Source of the DNA: a virus
Taxonomy: Duplodnaviria; Caudoviricetes
Reading direction: 5' to 3' (one strand)
DNA length: 53,225 nt
Virus record (IMG/VR): IMGVR_UViG_3300047157_000005
Location: 1-53,225 of that record
Part shown: in pieces, positions 1 to 9,202 of the stretch
Position numbering within the stretch: position 1 is the stretch's first letter
Layout: each line of letters begins with the position of its first letter
Made by a program: the position numbers and the translations under genes
Notes under the pieces: generated by a model
The model's database searches: none
Told to the model about the DNA's origin: nothing
Seen by the model: the letters and a program-made list of their open reading frames with translations, nothing else

Positions 1-798
1 GCCTTCGTCAAATGATGCTTGACCTATTTTTCTAAATCTTTCTCTATCTTCTGGGCTACCATAGCAATTTCATTTGCATTAAGAACATCTTGACCAAGAT
101 TGTTCATTGTTTCTGGTGCGCCAGTGTATGTTCTTGTTTGAAAACCTTGACCACTGTCTTTAAATTCAAATCCATCGCCAGCATAAAACCATATCTACTA
201 ACTTGACCAAGTGCGCCTTTGTCACCATCCATAGATACTGGATCGATACTTAAATCTTTTGGACGAAATCTTGGAGTTTGTGATGATTTGTTAAGTGAAT
301 CAATATATCTTCTACTTATATCGTAATCATCTTGTTGAAGCTGTAATGTTCTAGCATTACCACCTGTATTGTCTTGTTGCATGTAAACAGGAGATGAAGT
401 TTCAAATACTGAAGGAGTAGAAGTTAGCTCACTAGGCTCTGGCCCATCTGATCCCGCATATTCTAAATAAGGACGATCTTTTCCAACAAACTGAATATTG
501 TTTAGAGTATCAGTTACTGAAGGAGTAGAAGCAATAACACTAGGAGGGGGAGATGATGGTAAAGATCCATAATTTACAACAGGGAGTTACGATCTCGTCT
601 ATCTCTCGATGTATTTACTACTGTTGCATTTGGTGGAGTCGTATATACTGGCTTTGGTGCAGAGAAAGTTGCCGCCGCACCTTTTCTATCTGCCCTTGAT
701 CCTCCGCCACTACTCGCCGCGCCTGAACTAGATCCACCTGAACCACCACCACCGAAGCACATAAAAACTGGATTCTTTGGAAATAAATTACTGATCAT
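1..798 (-). CDS. Putative internal virion/head-cargo protein, broken by probable sequencing frameshifts and truncated at the window edge
   Basis: Track ORFs 574..798 (contains MCFGGGG) and 104..382 join with one extra base in the G run at ~581-583, giving ...RDRNSPVVNYGSLPSSPPPS...MQQDN. Low-complexity Gly/Ser/Pro composition. Confidence 0.5.
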
Positions 799-802
799 AA
801 TT

Positions 803-1081
803 CTACGCTCTCATAGGTGGTTGATTTGGTTGCCCCGGCATAGGTGGCTGTTGTGCTTGTGGCATTGCGCTTGCAAATGCGCCTAACGCACCTACATCTC
901 CGCCGCCTGCCATTCGACGCTTTATTTCCATTACTTTATCAACCAGATATTTGTTCATGTCAATTGGTTGCTGACCCCCACCTTGGGAGGGTAGTGGGGG
1001 CGCACCTTGTGGTCTTTCTTGTGGTAAACCTCCAAAAGCCGCAGGATTTATTGGTGGCAAGTTATACTGTGGGGGGTACAT
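803..1081 (-). CDS. Small Pro/Gln-rich protein downstream of portal
   Basis: 92 aa ORF overlapping the portal end; contains FGGLP and VGALGAF. Confidence 0.65.
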   Translation of the reverse strand: MYPPQYNLPPINPAAFGGLPQERPQGAPPLPSQGGGQQPIDMNKYLVDKVMEIKRRMAGGGDVGALGAFASAMPQAQQPPMPGQPNQPPMRA

Positions 1082-3529
1082 TCTTCATTGCCTCCATTTG
1101 AATTTTAGCATTATTTTTTTCTCGTTCTAGCTGTAGGTCTGCCTCCAACTTAGTGATCTTGGCTTGCATGTCAGCTTGCGCCTTCGCCATTTCGATCTCC
1201 ATGTCTTGTCTCGCTTCAGCTTGTTTGATCTCGATGTTTGATTTGGCTTTAGCTTGATCCGCTTGAATTTGTGCTTGCGTTCTAGCTTTGAGTGCTTCGG
1301 TTTCAAGTTTAGCAAGTTCCTGTGCATATTGCAGTGGATTGCCTTGCTGACCTTGTTGTCCGCCCATCATGCCTTTCATTGCCTCGATTTGTTTCATCTG
1401 AGGTGATGCCTTCACAACTTCAGCCGCACGTTGGCTGATTAGACGATCCATCTCTGGATCTACTTCTGCAAACTTAAATTTAGGATCTTTGAAGTCTGGC
1501 AACATCGGCATAGGCATATTGATACTTGCCTCCATGCGTTGACGATAGAGAAGCGCAATGTGTTCTGCGATATGTGCGATTAATACAGGTTGCATAGCTT
1601 TCGCACCAGGATTTCCTGCCAACGACGGATCTTGCAAGAACTGCATGTGAACTGCAATGTGTGCATCGTGATCTTGCTCTGGGAATGCACGAATACCTTT
1701 GCCGTACAATACGCTCATATTCTCGTCAATTGGATCCATTTGCACAGCTTCTTCTGGCTTCTGCAATATTTGATCTATGTTCGGAATCCGAAGTGCCTCG
1801 TACATACGTTTGTATGCCTCGTATAAATCATGGAATTGTGGAGCGGATCGTGACATCTCCAAACAGCTTGTGCTTGTGCAATGCGCTGTGCTGTTGAGAA
1901 TATGTTTGGATCACTAACTGGTATGATATCAATTCGATCATCAAAGTCAGTTCGATAAATGATATCATCCGCACCAGCTTGTGAGAAACTAAACTCGTCA
2001 GGTAAATTTTCAGCGTTTAGATCTGCCAGTAATTTAAACTCTTGACCTTGTGCGTAATGCAATCGCTTGTGTATCGCACTGAATGCCTTCGATCCTTGCT
2101 CGATCAACGCAACAGTTGAACCAACAGGTGCATTCGGATTTACATCTCCGACATTTAAATCTGCCGTACTTGCAAATCTCTGCCCAGCGTCAACCATAAA
2201 GCCTAGCAAATTAAACAGAGATCCACTTGGCTCTTTAAACGGCAATGGCATAATAGCTTTGTTGATATCATCAACTGTACTGTCGATATCATTAAACTCG
2301 CCTGGACTAATCTGCATGTCGCCACCTTGGACGCGACCACGCAATTTAAATCCACCTTGCATGTTGCTGAATGCGGCACTGTCTAGCAATGCACGCAACG
2401 ATCCAGTCGCCGCTTTACCCAAACCACCAATCATGTGGTACAAGCCAAATCCATAGAACCCTAAACCTGGCAAGAACTTGTATGACACAAACCAATCTCG
2501 GCGTTGCTTCATTTCATCGTCTTGTTTCCAGTTGCGTCTAATGCTCACAACATTTTGGTTTTCGTAGTCAATTGTGATCACATACGGCAATGCAACTGCA
2601 TTATCGTCAGATTCGCCATCAACCATTTCTTCGCCATCGAATCCGTCAAACAAATCGTACACATGCATTTCGAGCAGTGTCATTACATCATCGTTGCTAT
2701 CATCGTATTCATCGACGCCTTCAATCTCGCCAATTACATCACCTGATGGATCAATCGTATCTCCGCCAGCATACTTAGTCGGCAAGTAATATCCGTTCTG
2801 CACATAACGATTAAATTCGTTCTTTGGCATACGAATGATATGCGTGTATCGTGGCGATGTGTATAAATCTTTACTTTCTGGTGCTACCACAAAGTCTTCT
2901 GCCTTTACAAAACTACTGCATTGGCGATCCATGTTTACATCCCACCAAACCTTCTTGAAGGTATGACCGATTAACGGAAGGTGAAATAGCATCTGATCTA
3001 AGTCAGGGAAATACTCAGGCATTTCCTGAGTGATTTGGTAATTCATAAACTCACGAACACGACGACCTTGCTCTTCTAGCTCTTCATCTGGGTTGCCTAT
3101 GATTACAGATTTAACTGGCCCACCTGATGGGTAAAGCTCTGCAATTGCCTTCGCATTGAATTGAGTTGCCGCTTCAGCGATTAACGGATGCACTACAACT
3201 GAAAGTCCGCGTGTGCCACGTTCATCTTCGCCTTCGTCAAGTCCGCCATCTGGATCGAGCGTCTTCAATCCTTCTTTGTAGCGTTCTTTCCACTCTGACC
3301 GAGCTTCTTCGTCATTTTCGTAATAACCTACAAGTTCTTGCGCTTTTCGTGCGAGATCTCGTTCTTCCATCTGTTCAGCTAAGTTGGAATCAAATTCTGC
3401 GGCATCTGCCTCGTCCATTGCATCTAACTCTGGGTCACCAATCAGAACATCGCCATCTGCAAGCTCCTCGATCATTAACTCATCACTAGGTGCGCCTTCA
3501 GCAAATGGTATAATATTTGGGTCAGCCAT
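1062..3529 (-). CDS. Portal protein (split by a 1-nt indel near 1862)
   Basis: 1775..3529 carries portal-like motifs (HPLIAEAATQFNA, FLPGLGFYGFGL, ALLDSAAFSNMQGGFK, PVSDPNIFS). 1062..1862 supplies the C-terminal DHDAHI and coiled-coil part. One extra T at the 1861-1863 run restores AQAVLEMSRS. Adjacent to TerL. Confidence 0.9.
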
Positions 3530-5033
3530 AGAGGGTAATCCTTTGTTTTTCTACTGGCTCGTCGTCTTCAGGGTCTTCACTGTGACCAACAAACCATCCT
3601 TTTCGTAAACGCAACCAAGCCTGTGTACAAGTATCAACAACGTCATCGTTGGGGTGTGCAGGAAAGGCCGCGCATATGTCTATTAAATCTTTAGCCCATT
3701 TTCGATCAGAAGGGTAGTAAATTCTTCCGTCTTCTAAAAGTGCGCTCGATGCGTGCGCTCTGGCTTCCTTATCTCGGTCAGGAGAATAAGCTAAAACTGG
3801 TATCCCAGCCATGCGTAAATCTTGCAGTAGAGATTGACCTGACGCCTTCTTCTCGATCAACACAGCGTCTGGCTCCCAATCTTCGTAAGACTCTTGTGCA
3901 ATGCGCCTTAACTCTGGGTAGCTCACCTTATCGTACCAAGCCTCCAATACAATCGCACACATTGCGCCTTTGTGTCTAAATACACCCCAAGTTGTTCTGG
4001 CACTAAAGCTAGAGCTTTCCTTGGCTTCGAATGCAGTATCCCATGACTGAAGAACATATTCTATCTCTGGTAAGTCTGGCTTTTCCCAAGGAACCCACCA
4101 CGATGCTCTCAGGATACCACCACCTTTTGGCGATGGCCTTTGCTGTAACTGACCAGCAGATGCATAAGAACCAAGAGATCGCTCCAGAGTTGATAAAGTT
4201 TTCTCGTCAATTCTTTCAGGCCACAGCAACTCACCTTCCTTTGTTCTTGGATCAGTAAACCCAAGTGACGACTTCATTGGATTCGGCGCACCCACTTCGT
4301 AACGAGCAGGCAACATTAGGTGATCCCATTCATCACCAAGTTGATTTGCCAAGACGTGACCTGTCAGATCCTGTTCGTGTAGCCTCTGCATAATAATTAT
4401 AAATGCACCAGTCTGCGGATCGTTTAGTCGTGTCTGCATAGCCTGATCCCACCAATCTAGTACACCTTCACGAACTTTAGAACTATCTGCCTCCACAGAG
4501 TTGTGTGGATCATCGATGCATATGATGTCGCCACCATCACCAGTTAACGCACCACCGACTGACGTTGCGATTCGATAGCCTGTCTTATCATTCTCAAATC
4601 TCTGCTTTTGGTTTTGATCGCTTGTCAAACTAAATTTGTCATTAAAGTGATCTTTGTACCACGGACTGTCGATTAACCTTCTACACTTCGTGCTATCTCT
4701 GATCGACAAGGAGCTTGCGTAAGATGCATAGAGAAACTTTTTGTGAGGTTGGTGCGTCCAAGTCCAAGCTGGCAGAGCAACAGCCACGCTGATTGACTTC
4801 ATGTGTCGAGGTGGCACGTTTATGATCAGGCGTTTAATGTCGCCTTCGACTACAGCCTGAAGGTGATCACTGATCGCATCGATGTGCCAGTTGTTCTTGA
4901 AGGGAACGCCAGGTTCAATCGTAGGCCAACTAGCCTTCGTAAATTCCCTCAATGATCTGCGATACTTCTCCGCTCTCACCTGTTCCAACGTCAGTCCTGC
5001 TAAATGCGTCCTCAATTGATTTGAGCTGATCAT
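3522..5033 (-). CDS. terL: Terminase large subunit
   Basis: Walker A-like NVPPRHMKS, Walker B IICIDDPH, MQRLHEQDLTG, and RNase H-like nuclease motifs QSWDTA, IEKKASG, NDDVVD. Confidence 0.95.
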   Translation of the reverse strand: MISSNQLRTHLAGLTLEQVRAEKYRRSLREFTKASWPTIEPGVPFKNNWHIDAISDHLQAVVEGDIKRLIINVPPRHMKSISVAVALPAWTWTHQPHKKFLYASYASSLSIRDSTKCRRLIDSPWYKDHFNDKFSLTSDQNQKQRFENDKTGYRIATSVGGALTGDGGDIICIDDPHNSVEADSSKVREGVLDWWDQAMQTRLNDPQTGAFIIIMQRLHEQDLTGHVLANQLGDEWDHLMLPARYEVGAPNPMKSSLGFTDPRTKEGELLWPERIDEKTLSTLERSLGSYASAGQLQQRPSPKGGGILRASWWVPWEKPDLPEIEYVLQSWDTAFEAKESSSFSARTTWGVFRHKGAMCAIVLEAWYDKVSYPELRRIAQESYEDWEPDAVLIEKKASGQSLLQDLRMAGIPVLAYSPDRDKEARAHASSALLEDGRIYYPSDRKWAKDLIDICAAFPAHPNDDVVDTCTQAWLRLRKGWFVGHSEDPEDDEPVEKQRITLYG

Positions 5034-5403
5034 CTGGTATCCTTGTTAAATCTATGACGTGTTTCTGTTCGACAGTGGTTGCAACCTCTTGCTTGTCCAC
5101 CCACCCAGCTCTGTTCTTCAGGAAGAAGATCATCGCTGTATTGTCCCTATCAATCGTGGCCTTTTCAAAGAGAGCGTTAGTCACGGCATCTATGCCACGA
5201 GCCTGACCTCTTTTTATAGCATCCGAAAATTCCGAATTTTCTGACTGATGAAGCATGAAAGTTGACAGTGAAACGCCTAGCATTCCAGACGCCTGTTCTT
5301 TCGTTAATCCCTTGGTCATAAGATTTTCTACGTTAAGCAAAACTTCATCGGTGATCTCGAACTTCGGTCTGCCGACTGGATTTTTAGTTTTGACATCTGA
5401 CAT
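4930..5403 (-). CDS. terS: Terminase small subunit
   Basis: GRPK followed by an HTH (LTKEQASGMLGVSLSTF), EFSDAIKRG and AMIFFLKNRAGW; lies directly upstream of and overlaps TerL. Confidence 0.85.
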   Translation of the reverse strand: MSDVKTKNPVGRPKFEITDEVLLNVENLMTKGLTKEQASGMLGVSLSTFMLHQSENSEFSDAIKRGQARGIDAVTNALFEKATIDRDNTAMIFFLKNRAGWVDKQEVATTVEQKHVIDLTRIPDDQLKSIEDAFSRTDVGTGESGEVSQIIEGIYEG

Positions 5404-5491
5404 AGTGTTGACCTTTCTTTTCAGTGGTTAGCTGTATTTAACAAAATATAGCCTAACTCTTAAAAAAAGAAAAGTATCAGATCAAAAATCT

Positions 5492-5797
5492 ATTTATGTC
5501 ATTTATGGCATATTTATGGCATATACCAAATCTGCCATAATTCATCTACTCTATACTCCTTATTTATATAGTTATTATATATATATATTATTATTATTAT
5601 TATTTATGTCATACTGTCATACCCCCCCCTTCTCCCCCACAGGTATAGGTATGGGGGGGTAAAAAATAGGGGGGATCTATTAGGGGGTATCTGCCATATA
5701 TGCCAAAAATGCCATAAATCACTTTTGCCCTTATTTTATTGATAAAAAGGTCAAAAAATAGTATGCCATAAATACTGCCATAAATACTGCCATAAAT
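5492..5797. repeat. Oppositely oriented arrays of a TGCCATAAAT-like decamer around an AT-rich core; putative replication origin
   Basis: ATTTATG(G/T)CA at 5492, 5501, 5512, 5602. TGCCATAAAT-like copies at 5533, 5692, 5701, 5710, 5764, 5776, 5788 (last three have a 12-bp period). (AT)n/(TAT)n core at ~5560-5605; C-runs and G-runs at 5621-5688. Confidence 0.75.
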
Positions 5798-5820
5798 AAA
5801 AACGTGAGAAAGGAACAGAT

Positions 5821-6177
5821 ATGAGTACAGTTTACGTTGTGACACGACCCAGAGAAAATAAGTTTGGGTGGACTCCAGATTTATCTGACGCCACGAAGTA
5901 TGGTAAGTTACAGGTTATCTTTGAGCCTGACGAGAAACCACAGTTTAATCCGAGCCGAGCTATAAACATTGCGAGAGTTATCCTTCAGTCGTTTAGTGAA
6001 GATGACTATCTACTGTGGGCTGGTGGAGGAGATCCAGTGGCTGTGATGATTGCATGTATGGTAGCCTCTGAAAGCTGTGATATTGTGAACGTCCTGAGAT
6101 GGGAGCGCAACTTCAACGAGGGTGAGCGAGATCGCCGTAAGGGTTGGTACTTACCAGTTAAGATGGATATGTCTTAA
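5821..6177 (+). CDS. Hypothetical phage protein
   Basis: 118 aa ORF with AAAGGA RBS; DDYLLWAGGGDP motif. Confidence 0.75.
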   Translation: MSTVYVVTRPRENKFGWTPDLSDATKYGKLQVIFEPDEKPQFNPSRAINIARVILQSFSEDDYLLWAGGGDPVAVMIACMVASESCDIVNVLRWERNFNEGERDRRKGWYLPVKMDMS

Positions 6178-6206
6178 ACTTTTTTTATTTTTATTCACTT
6201 TGCCTA

Positions 6207-6266
6207 TTGCTATACTATATACAGTATGCTACATAATGTATGTAGAAAGAGAAAAGGAATACAAAA
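6207..6266 (+). promoter_or_regulatory. Sigma70-like promoter with a palindromic operator in the spacer, plus RBS
   Basis: TTGCTA-N17-TACATA; ATACT-N6-AGTAT at 6212-6227; near-copy at 19129-19186. Confidence 0.65.
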
Positions 6267-6482
6267 ATGAAAATCAAAGGCGCAATGACAATTCTTAATA
6301 AACGAGCTAAGTTTTATGGTAAAAGTGTAAATTGGCTCATCAATGAATTGGATAATGAGTTATACAATAATGAAACTACAATGGTTCTTGTAGCTTATGA
6401 AGTCTATAAAAAGGATCAAGGATATCGTTGGAAAGGTACTGAAGGCGATACTTGGGTCAAAGTAATTAAGGAGGCAGTATAA
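6267..6482 (+). CDS. Hypothetical early protein
   Basis: 71 aa; AAAGGA RBS; TAATG coupling to the next gene. Confidence 0.7.
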   Translation: MKIKGAMTILNKRAKFYGKSVNWLINELDNELYNNETTMVLVAYEVYKKDQGYRWKGTEGDTWVKVIKEAV

Positions 6483-6940
6483 TGTCACTTAATATTACAC
6501 AAACTGAAATCAATACACTTTGGGACAAGGGATACCGCCCTTTTGAAATTTACACATCTAACCCAGAGCCTGTAATGTATCACGGCAAAATGGAAGAAAC
6601 TAATGCAGTTGGTGGTTGGGATATCAAACACATCTTTGCCACACGCGATGAAATTGAAAACTACCCAAACTTTGACTGCATCATAATGGTAGACAGTGTT
6701 GCTTACTGTACTGAAGTGTTTCACGGCAAAGATGTAAGTGAAGACAAGCGCGTAGATGCTTTAGTAGTAGAACTAACAAAGCATTACATGGAAATGATAG
6801 AGCTTATTAAAGAAGCCAAGGCAATGCCTGATAGCGATAAGCAAAAAAGCGTCTTAATTATGGTGAGAACTCGCCTTAAAGACAACATCGCAAAAGAATT
6901 GAAAAAATTGGTAGATGAAGAAAAGTCTGAGGTGGTGTAA
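6482..6940 (+). CDS. Hypothetical early protein
   Basis: 152 aa; GGAGG RBS; translationally coupled. Confidence 0.7.
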   Translation: MSLNITQTEINTLWDKGYRPFEIYTSNPEPVMYHGKMEETNAVGGWDIKHIFATRDEIENYPNFDCIIMVDSVAYCTEVFHGKDVSEDKRVDALVVELTKHYMEMIELIKEAKAMPDSDKQKSVLIMVRTRLKDNIAKELKKLVDEEKSEVV

Positions 6941-7293
6941 TGGGAGATTATTTAGCACATTGGCAGAAAAAAGATGGCACTCCTAACTTGCGAACAGCTT
7001 CTGGTCAAAGGATACAACGCCGAATGGATGAAACAATTAGAAAAGAATTGGAAATTGTTCAGAGGGCGCAAGCGAATATTGATCGTCTGGTAAAGGGTGG
7101 TGGCAGATTGCCACCAGTTGCCCCTAAAGAAACATCGGAAACTCTGATTGATGAATTGGAGAAGTGGCGTTTAGCACAAGGCTTCAAGGCAATGTGCGCT
7201 ATGGAATTAATTTATGAGTATGAGCTTACACCAAAGCAATCTACTTGGATCGTAAACTTTATGAAGCGTTGGGATAATCTCGACAAAATTTAG
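6940..7293 (+). CDS. Hypothetical early protein
   Basis: 117 aa; GAGGTG RBS; basic KKDGTPNLR motif. Confidence 0.7.
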   Translation: MGDYLAHWQKKDGTPNLRTASGQRIQRRMDETIRKELEIVQRAQANIDRLVKGGGRLPPVAPKETSETLIDELEKWRLAQGFKAMCAMELIYEYELTPKQSTWIVNFMKRWDNLDKI

Positions 7294-7300
7294 AAAGGAG

Positions 7301-7507
7301 ATGGCTATGGAAACTTTTAAATTTGAAATCACAATTGAGGTTGGACAAGATATGTATGGCGACAGTGAAGGCCAACCCACATTTCACGAAACTAAAGAGT
7401 GGTTAAAAAACATGATCTCATGGAACCACCCACATGATGCCAGAAGGTATTTTAATGACGTTAAAATTGTATCTAAAAGAAAAAAGGAGAATAAAAATGG
7501 GTTATAA
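7301..7507 (+). CDS. Hypothetical early protein
   Basis: 68 aa; AAAGGAG RBS. Confidence 0.65.
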   Translation: MAMETFKFEITIEVGQDMYGDSEGQPTFHETKEWLKNMISWNHPHDARRYFNDVKIVSKRKKENKNGL

Positions 7508-7832
7508 ATATTGGACACAAGCGGAGGACGCAGAGCTTGTATTAATGCGAGAAGCCAAGGTATCTACCAAGGAAATCTCCAGAGCTTTAAATCGTTCGAC
7601 TTCTTCAGTTATGAACCGCATAGCTGTTAAGGAAATACCATACGGCAAGCCAAGTGTTATCGATGAGATTGCATCCGTTGGTGTTGCATTTGGTGAGCCT
7701 GACACAATTCAAACAGAAAGAGAGAAGCAAGCAAGTGAAATGCAATCTCTTAAAAATGCGCTTGAGGAAATGGAAGAAGACATCAAGCCAAGCAATTGGT
7801 TTCCAAGACTGAAGCGTTGGTTAGGATTTTAA
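7497..7832 (+). CDS. HTH DNA-binding protein, GcrA/Myb-like N-terminus
   Basis: Start moved to ATG 7497 (AAGGAG RBS). WTQAEDAELVLMREAKVSTKEISRALNRSTSSVMNRI fits the W-T-x-x-E...S-x-x-x-I-x-x-x-L HTH pattern. Confidence 0.55.
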   Translation: MGYKYWTQAEDAELVLMREAKVSTKEISRALNRSTSSVMNRIAVKEIPYGKPSVIDEIASVGVAFGEPDTIQTEREKQASEMQSLKNALEEMEEDIKPSNWFPRLKRWLGF

Positions 7833-7833
7833 A

Positions 7834-8034
7834 ATGGAACCAATAAAAAAATTGTCATCTAGTTATTGCCCTCACTGTCGTAATGAAAAACTAGCGGCAA
7901 AGGATTCTAGGGCGCATTCTGCCTTTGGATTTTTAACTACAAAACGTCGAAAGGTTTGCCCTAAGTGTGACTATAGGGTAACCACAATCGAACTGCCACT
8001 ACATCTGGCAGAAGAAATATTTCAAGAAGTTTAG
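7834..8034 (+). CDS. Zinc-ribbon protein resembling the NrdR N-terminal domain, without ATP-cone
   Basis: CPHC...DSR...RRKVCPKCDYRVTTIE matches the NrdR-N pattern. Confidence 0.75.
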   Translation: MEPIKKLSSSYCPHCRNEKLAAKDSRAHSAFGFLTTKRRKVCPKCDYRVTTIELPLHLAEEIFQEV

Positions 8035-8040
8035 AAAGGA

Positions 8041-8352
8041 ATGAGTATGATTATTAAGAGATGGAAGTTTAAAGGTTTCAACCACATAACCTTTACCAAT
8101 GACTTCCCTGATTGGATTAAGATGAACTCAGGCAAAAGGTTAGGCCACAAGAGTTTGTGGGTATACACACAGTCAGGTGAAGTTCCCATCGAAAGTGGCA
8201 AGTGGATATCAATTAACTTGCGTGGTCACATTGAAGTCCACGATAAGAAACCAAAGCTACTATTTAATGTTGGACTGACAAAGGAAATCTTTTCTGGATT
8301 TCTGTTAGTTGCCACACTTTTAATTATAGTTGTAGGATTGATGGTTTTGTGA
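8041..8352 (+). CDS. Hypothetical protein with C-terminal membrane anchor
   Basis: C-terminal hydrophobic run IFSGFLLVATLLIIVVGLMVL; AAAGGA RBS. Confidence 0.7.
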   Translation: MSMIIKRWKFKGFNHITFTNDFPDWIKMNSGKRLGHKSLWVYTQSGEVPIESGKWISINLRGHIEVHDKKPKLLFNVGLTKEIFSGFLLVATLLIIVVGLMVL

Positions 8353-8421
8353 TAAGAAGGATTTGACTGCTCGATAAAGGATCTTTTCTTTTCTCTTCCT
8401 GTATCCTTGTCTTACTAAACT

Positions 8422-8467
8422 AGACCCACTTGGCCAGGTTTCGCACTGCAAAGGTGGGTCTTTTTTT
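8422..8467 (+). terminator. Rho-independent terminator with an unusually large loop
   Basis: AGACCCAC(8422-8429)...GTGGGTCT(8454-8461) followed by a T-tract. Confidence 0.7.
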
Positions 8468-8468
8468 A

Positions 8469-8497
8469 TTGCCTTAGACATCATCAAACTTTATAGT
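8469..8497 (+). promoter_or_regulatory. Sigma70-like promoter
   Basis: TTGCCT-N17-TATAGT immediately after the terminator. Confidence 0.6.
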
Positions 8498-8503
8498 TAT
8501 GCG

Positions 8504-8617
8504 GTAAGGTGGTTAAATGAAATCAGTTATTATCGGGCATGTTAATATCAGATCTCACTTCAGGCATATTCGCTACCAAATGCGCTAACATTAATACGAA
8601 TATAACCGCCACCTTAC
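8504..8617 (+). ncRNA. Candidate structured small RNA containing a 23-aa ORF (8517..8588)
   Basis: 5' GTAAGGTGGTTA pairs with 3' TAACCGCC/CCTTAC; inner ATGTTA/TAACAT and GCAT/ATGC stems; ORF MKSVIIGHVNIRSHFRHIRYQMR follows AAGGTGG. Confidence 0.4.
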
Positions 8618-8621
8618 ACGA

Positions 8622-8840
8622 CTATTTTCCTAAATCAATTGGTCTTAGTTTTGGCATGAGAGTGCTAGACGATACCTTATCTGTCTCTATACACTGACCC
8701 ATGCTATCCATATCTTCATATGGTTTGTATGCTTCTGGCAGTGCATTGCCACACTCATACGCAGTTCTATACAAAGTTTTCTTTTGTATCTCTGCCCCAT
8801 CTATTACATATGTCAGGACAAGCATTGTGTAAAATGTCAT
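8622..8840 (-). CDS. Hypothetical protein
   Basis: 72 aa; ATGA-coupled to the upstream gene; two Cys. Confidence 0.65.
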   Translation of the reverse strand: MTFYTMLVLTYVIDGAEIQKKTLYRTAYECGNALPEAYKPYEDMDSMGQCIETDKVSSSTLMPKLRPIDLGK

Positions 8841-9202
8841 AACGCTTCACCATGCTTTTCGAATTTACCATTGGCATCAAGTTTCGGGATTGTAGTTCTT
8901 TTCCGTTTACTTGCAATCTCACCTCCACACGCCATGTAGCCAGCTCCATCCACCCAATTGTCAGGATGTTCTGGATTTGATTTGATTCGTGCAACTTTCA
9001 GGAGGTTCATCATAACGCCTACATCATGTGTCTTTACATCTACACCTAAGTAAGTTGACCAGAAGTCTGCAATCATCTTGAAGTTATCCTCCATGTCGCC
9101 ATGATCAGACGCCCTATCTTTCGTTACATATTTTTTGGCAGTGTCGAGGATGTCACCTCGCGTTGCTTCTTCTATATTTTTGCTCGTAGCCCATTTAGCC
9201 AT
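8837..9202 (-). CDS. DUF6378-like protein
   Basis: DRASDHGDMEDNFKMIADFWS...DVGVMMNLLKVAR...DNWVDGAGY. Confidence 0.8.
   Translation of the reverse strand: MAKWATSKNIEEATRGDILDTAKKYVTKDRASDHGDMEDNFKMIADFWSTYLGVDVKTHDVGVMMNLLKVARIKSNPEHPDNWVDGAGYMACGGEIASKRKRTTIPKLDANGKFEKHGEAL

Noticed and set aside
1855-1870. Programmed frameshift or split portal
   Set aside because: One missing base in a homopolymer restores an ordinary portal. There is no slippery heptamer, and similar indels elsewhere point to sequencing error.
5764-5800. CRISPR-like repeats, with a Cas4-like gene elsewhere
   Set aside because: The repeats are 10-12 bp and abut without unique spacers. There is no cas1/cas2, and solo Cas4-like nucleases are common in phage recombination modules.
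5609-5845. 78-aa minus-strand ORF with IYGS repeats
   Set aside because: It is a by-product of the decamer array, has no convincing RBS and overlaps the start of a plus-strand gene.
8353-8620. tRNA gene
   Set aside because: No T-arm (GTTCRA) and cloverleaf arrangement was found here or in the other intergenic gaps inspected by eye.
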